This document shows, piece after piece, positions 45,391-45,594 of a stretch of 45,594 nt of DNA. Numbering within the stretch: position 1 is the stretch's first letter; every line of letters starts with the position of its first letter. Location of the stretch: the NCBI GenBank assembly GCA_018398765.1, contig JAHBMJ010000515.1, forward strand, positions 1 to 45,594, in the 5' to 3' direction. The notes beneath the pieces were generated by a model. It was not told where the DNA came from. It was given only the letters and a program-made list of their open reading frames with translations, and made no database searches. The stretch is from Chromera velia (taxonomy: Eukaryota). A program made the position numbers and the translations under genes.

Positions 45391-45594
45391 CATGCATGAT
45401 GCGGGCATATACGTGGGCATTCATACAGACGGACAGACAAGAAGAAAGAAAGCTCACGTGTCGACTCAAAATATTACAGTATATCTGTGGTAGGCAAAGA
45501 GAGGACGGAGGGGAATTAAGTGAGAAGAGAATGAGGGGTCCCTCCACATATGGACAGGGGTCATCTCAGAGAGAGGGGGGGGGGGGGGGGGGGG

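Overview
Eukaryotic, intron-rich, microsatellite-rich genomic DNA. The style suggests a chromerid/alveolate such as Chromera, but this is an unverified impression. The first 19.3 kb is a cluster of decayed retroelements: a Ty1/copia element (-), a 3.66-kb non-autonomous LTR element with 460-bp LTRs, PBS, PPT and a 4-bp TSD (-), and two related APE-type LINEs lying tail-to-tail. One LINE carries three tandem CXC-like Cys clusters in front of its endonuclease. From 19.8 kb onward are multi-exon minus-strand host genes for unrecognised, probably secreted, sequon-rich proteins, an approximately 7.5-kb mosaic tandem duplication, and a hAT-type non-autonomous element with an 8-bp TSD. Each duplication unit contains an intronless plus-strand gene (820 aa and 438 aa) built from tandem PD-(D/E)XK nuclease-like domains with D...Q-x-K motifs, behind a shared mitochondrial-presequence-like N-terminus. 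These two genes are the most interesting candidate system. Repeats show a strong C-to-T bias at CpG and CpA. All alignments and counts were made by eye; exon limits are approximate.
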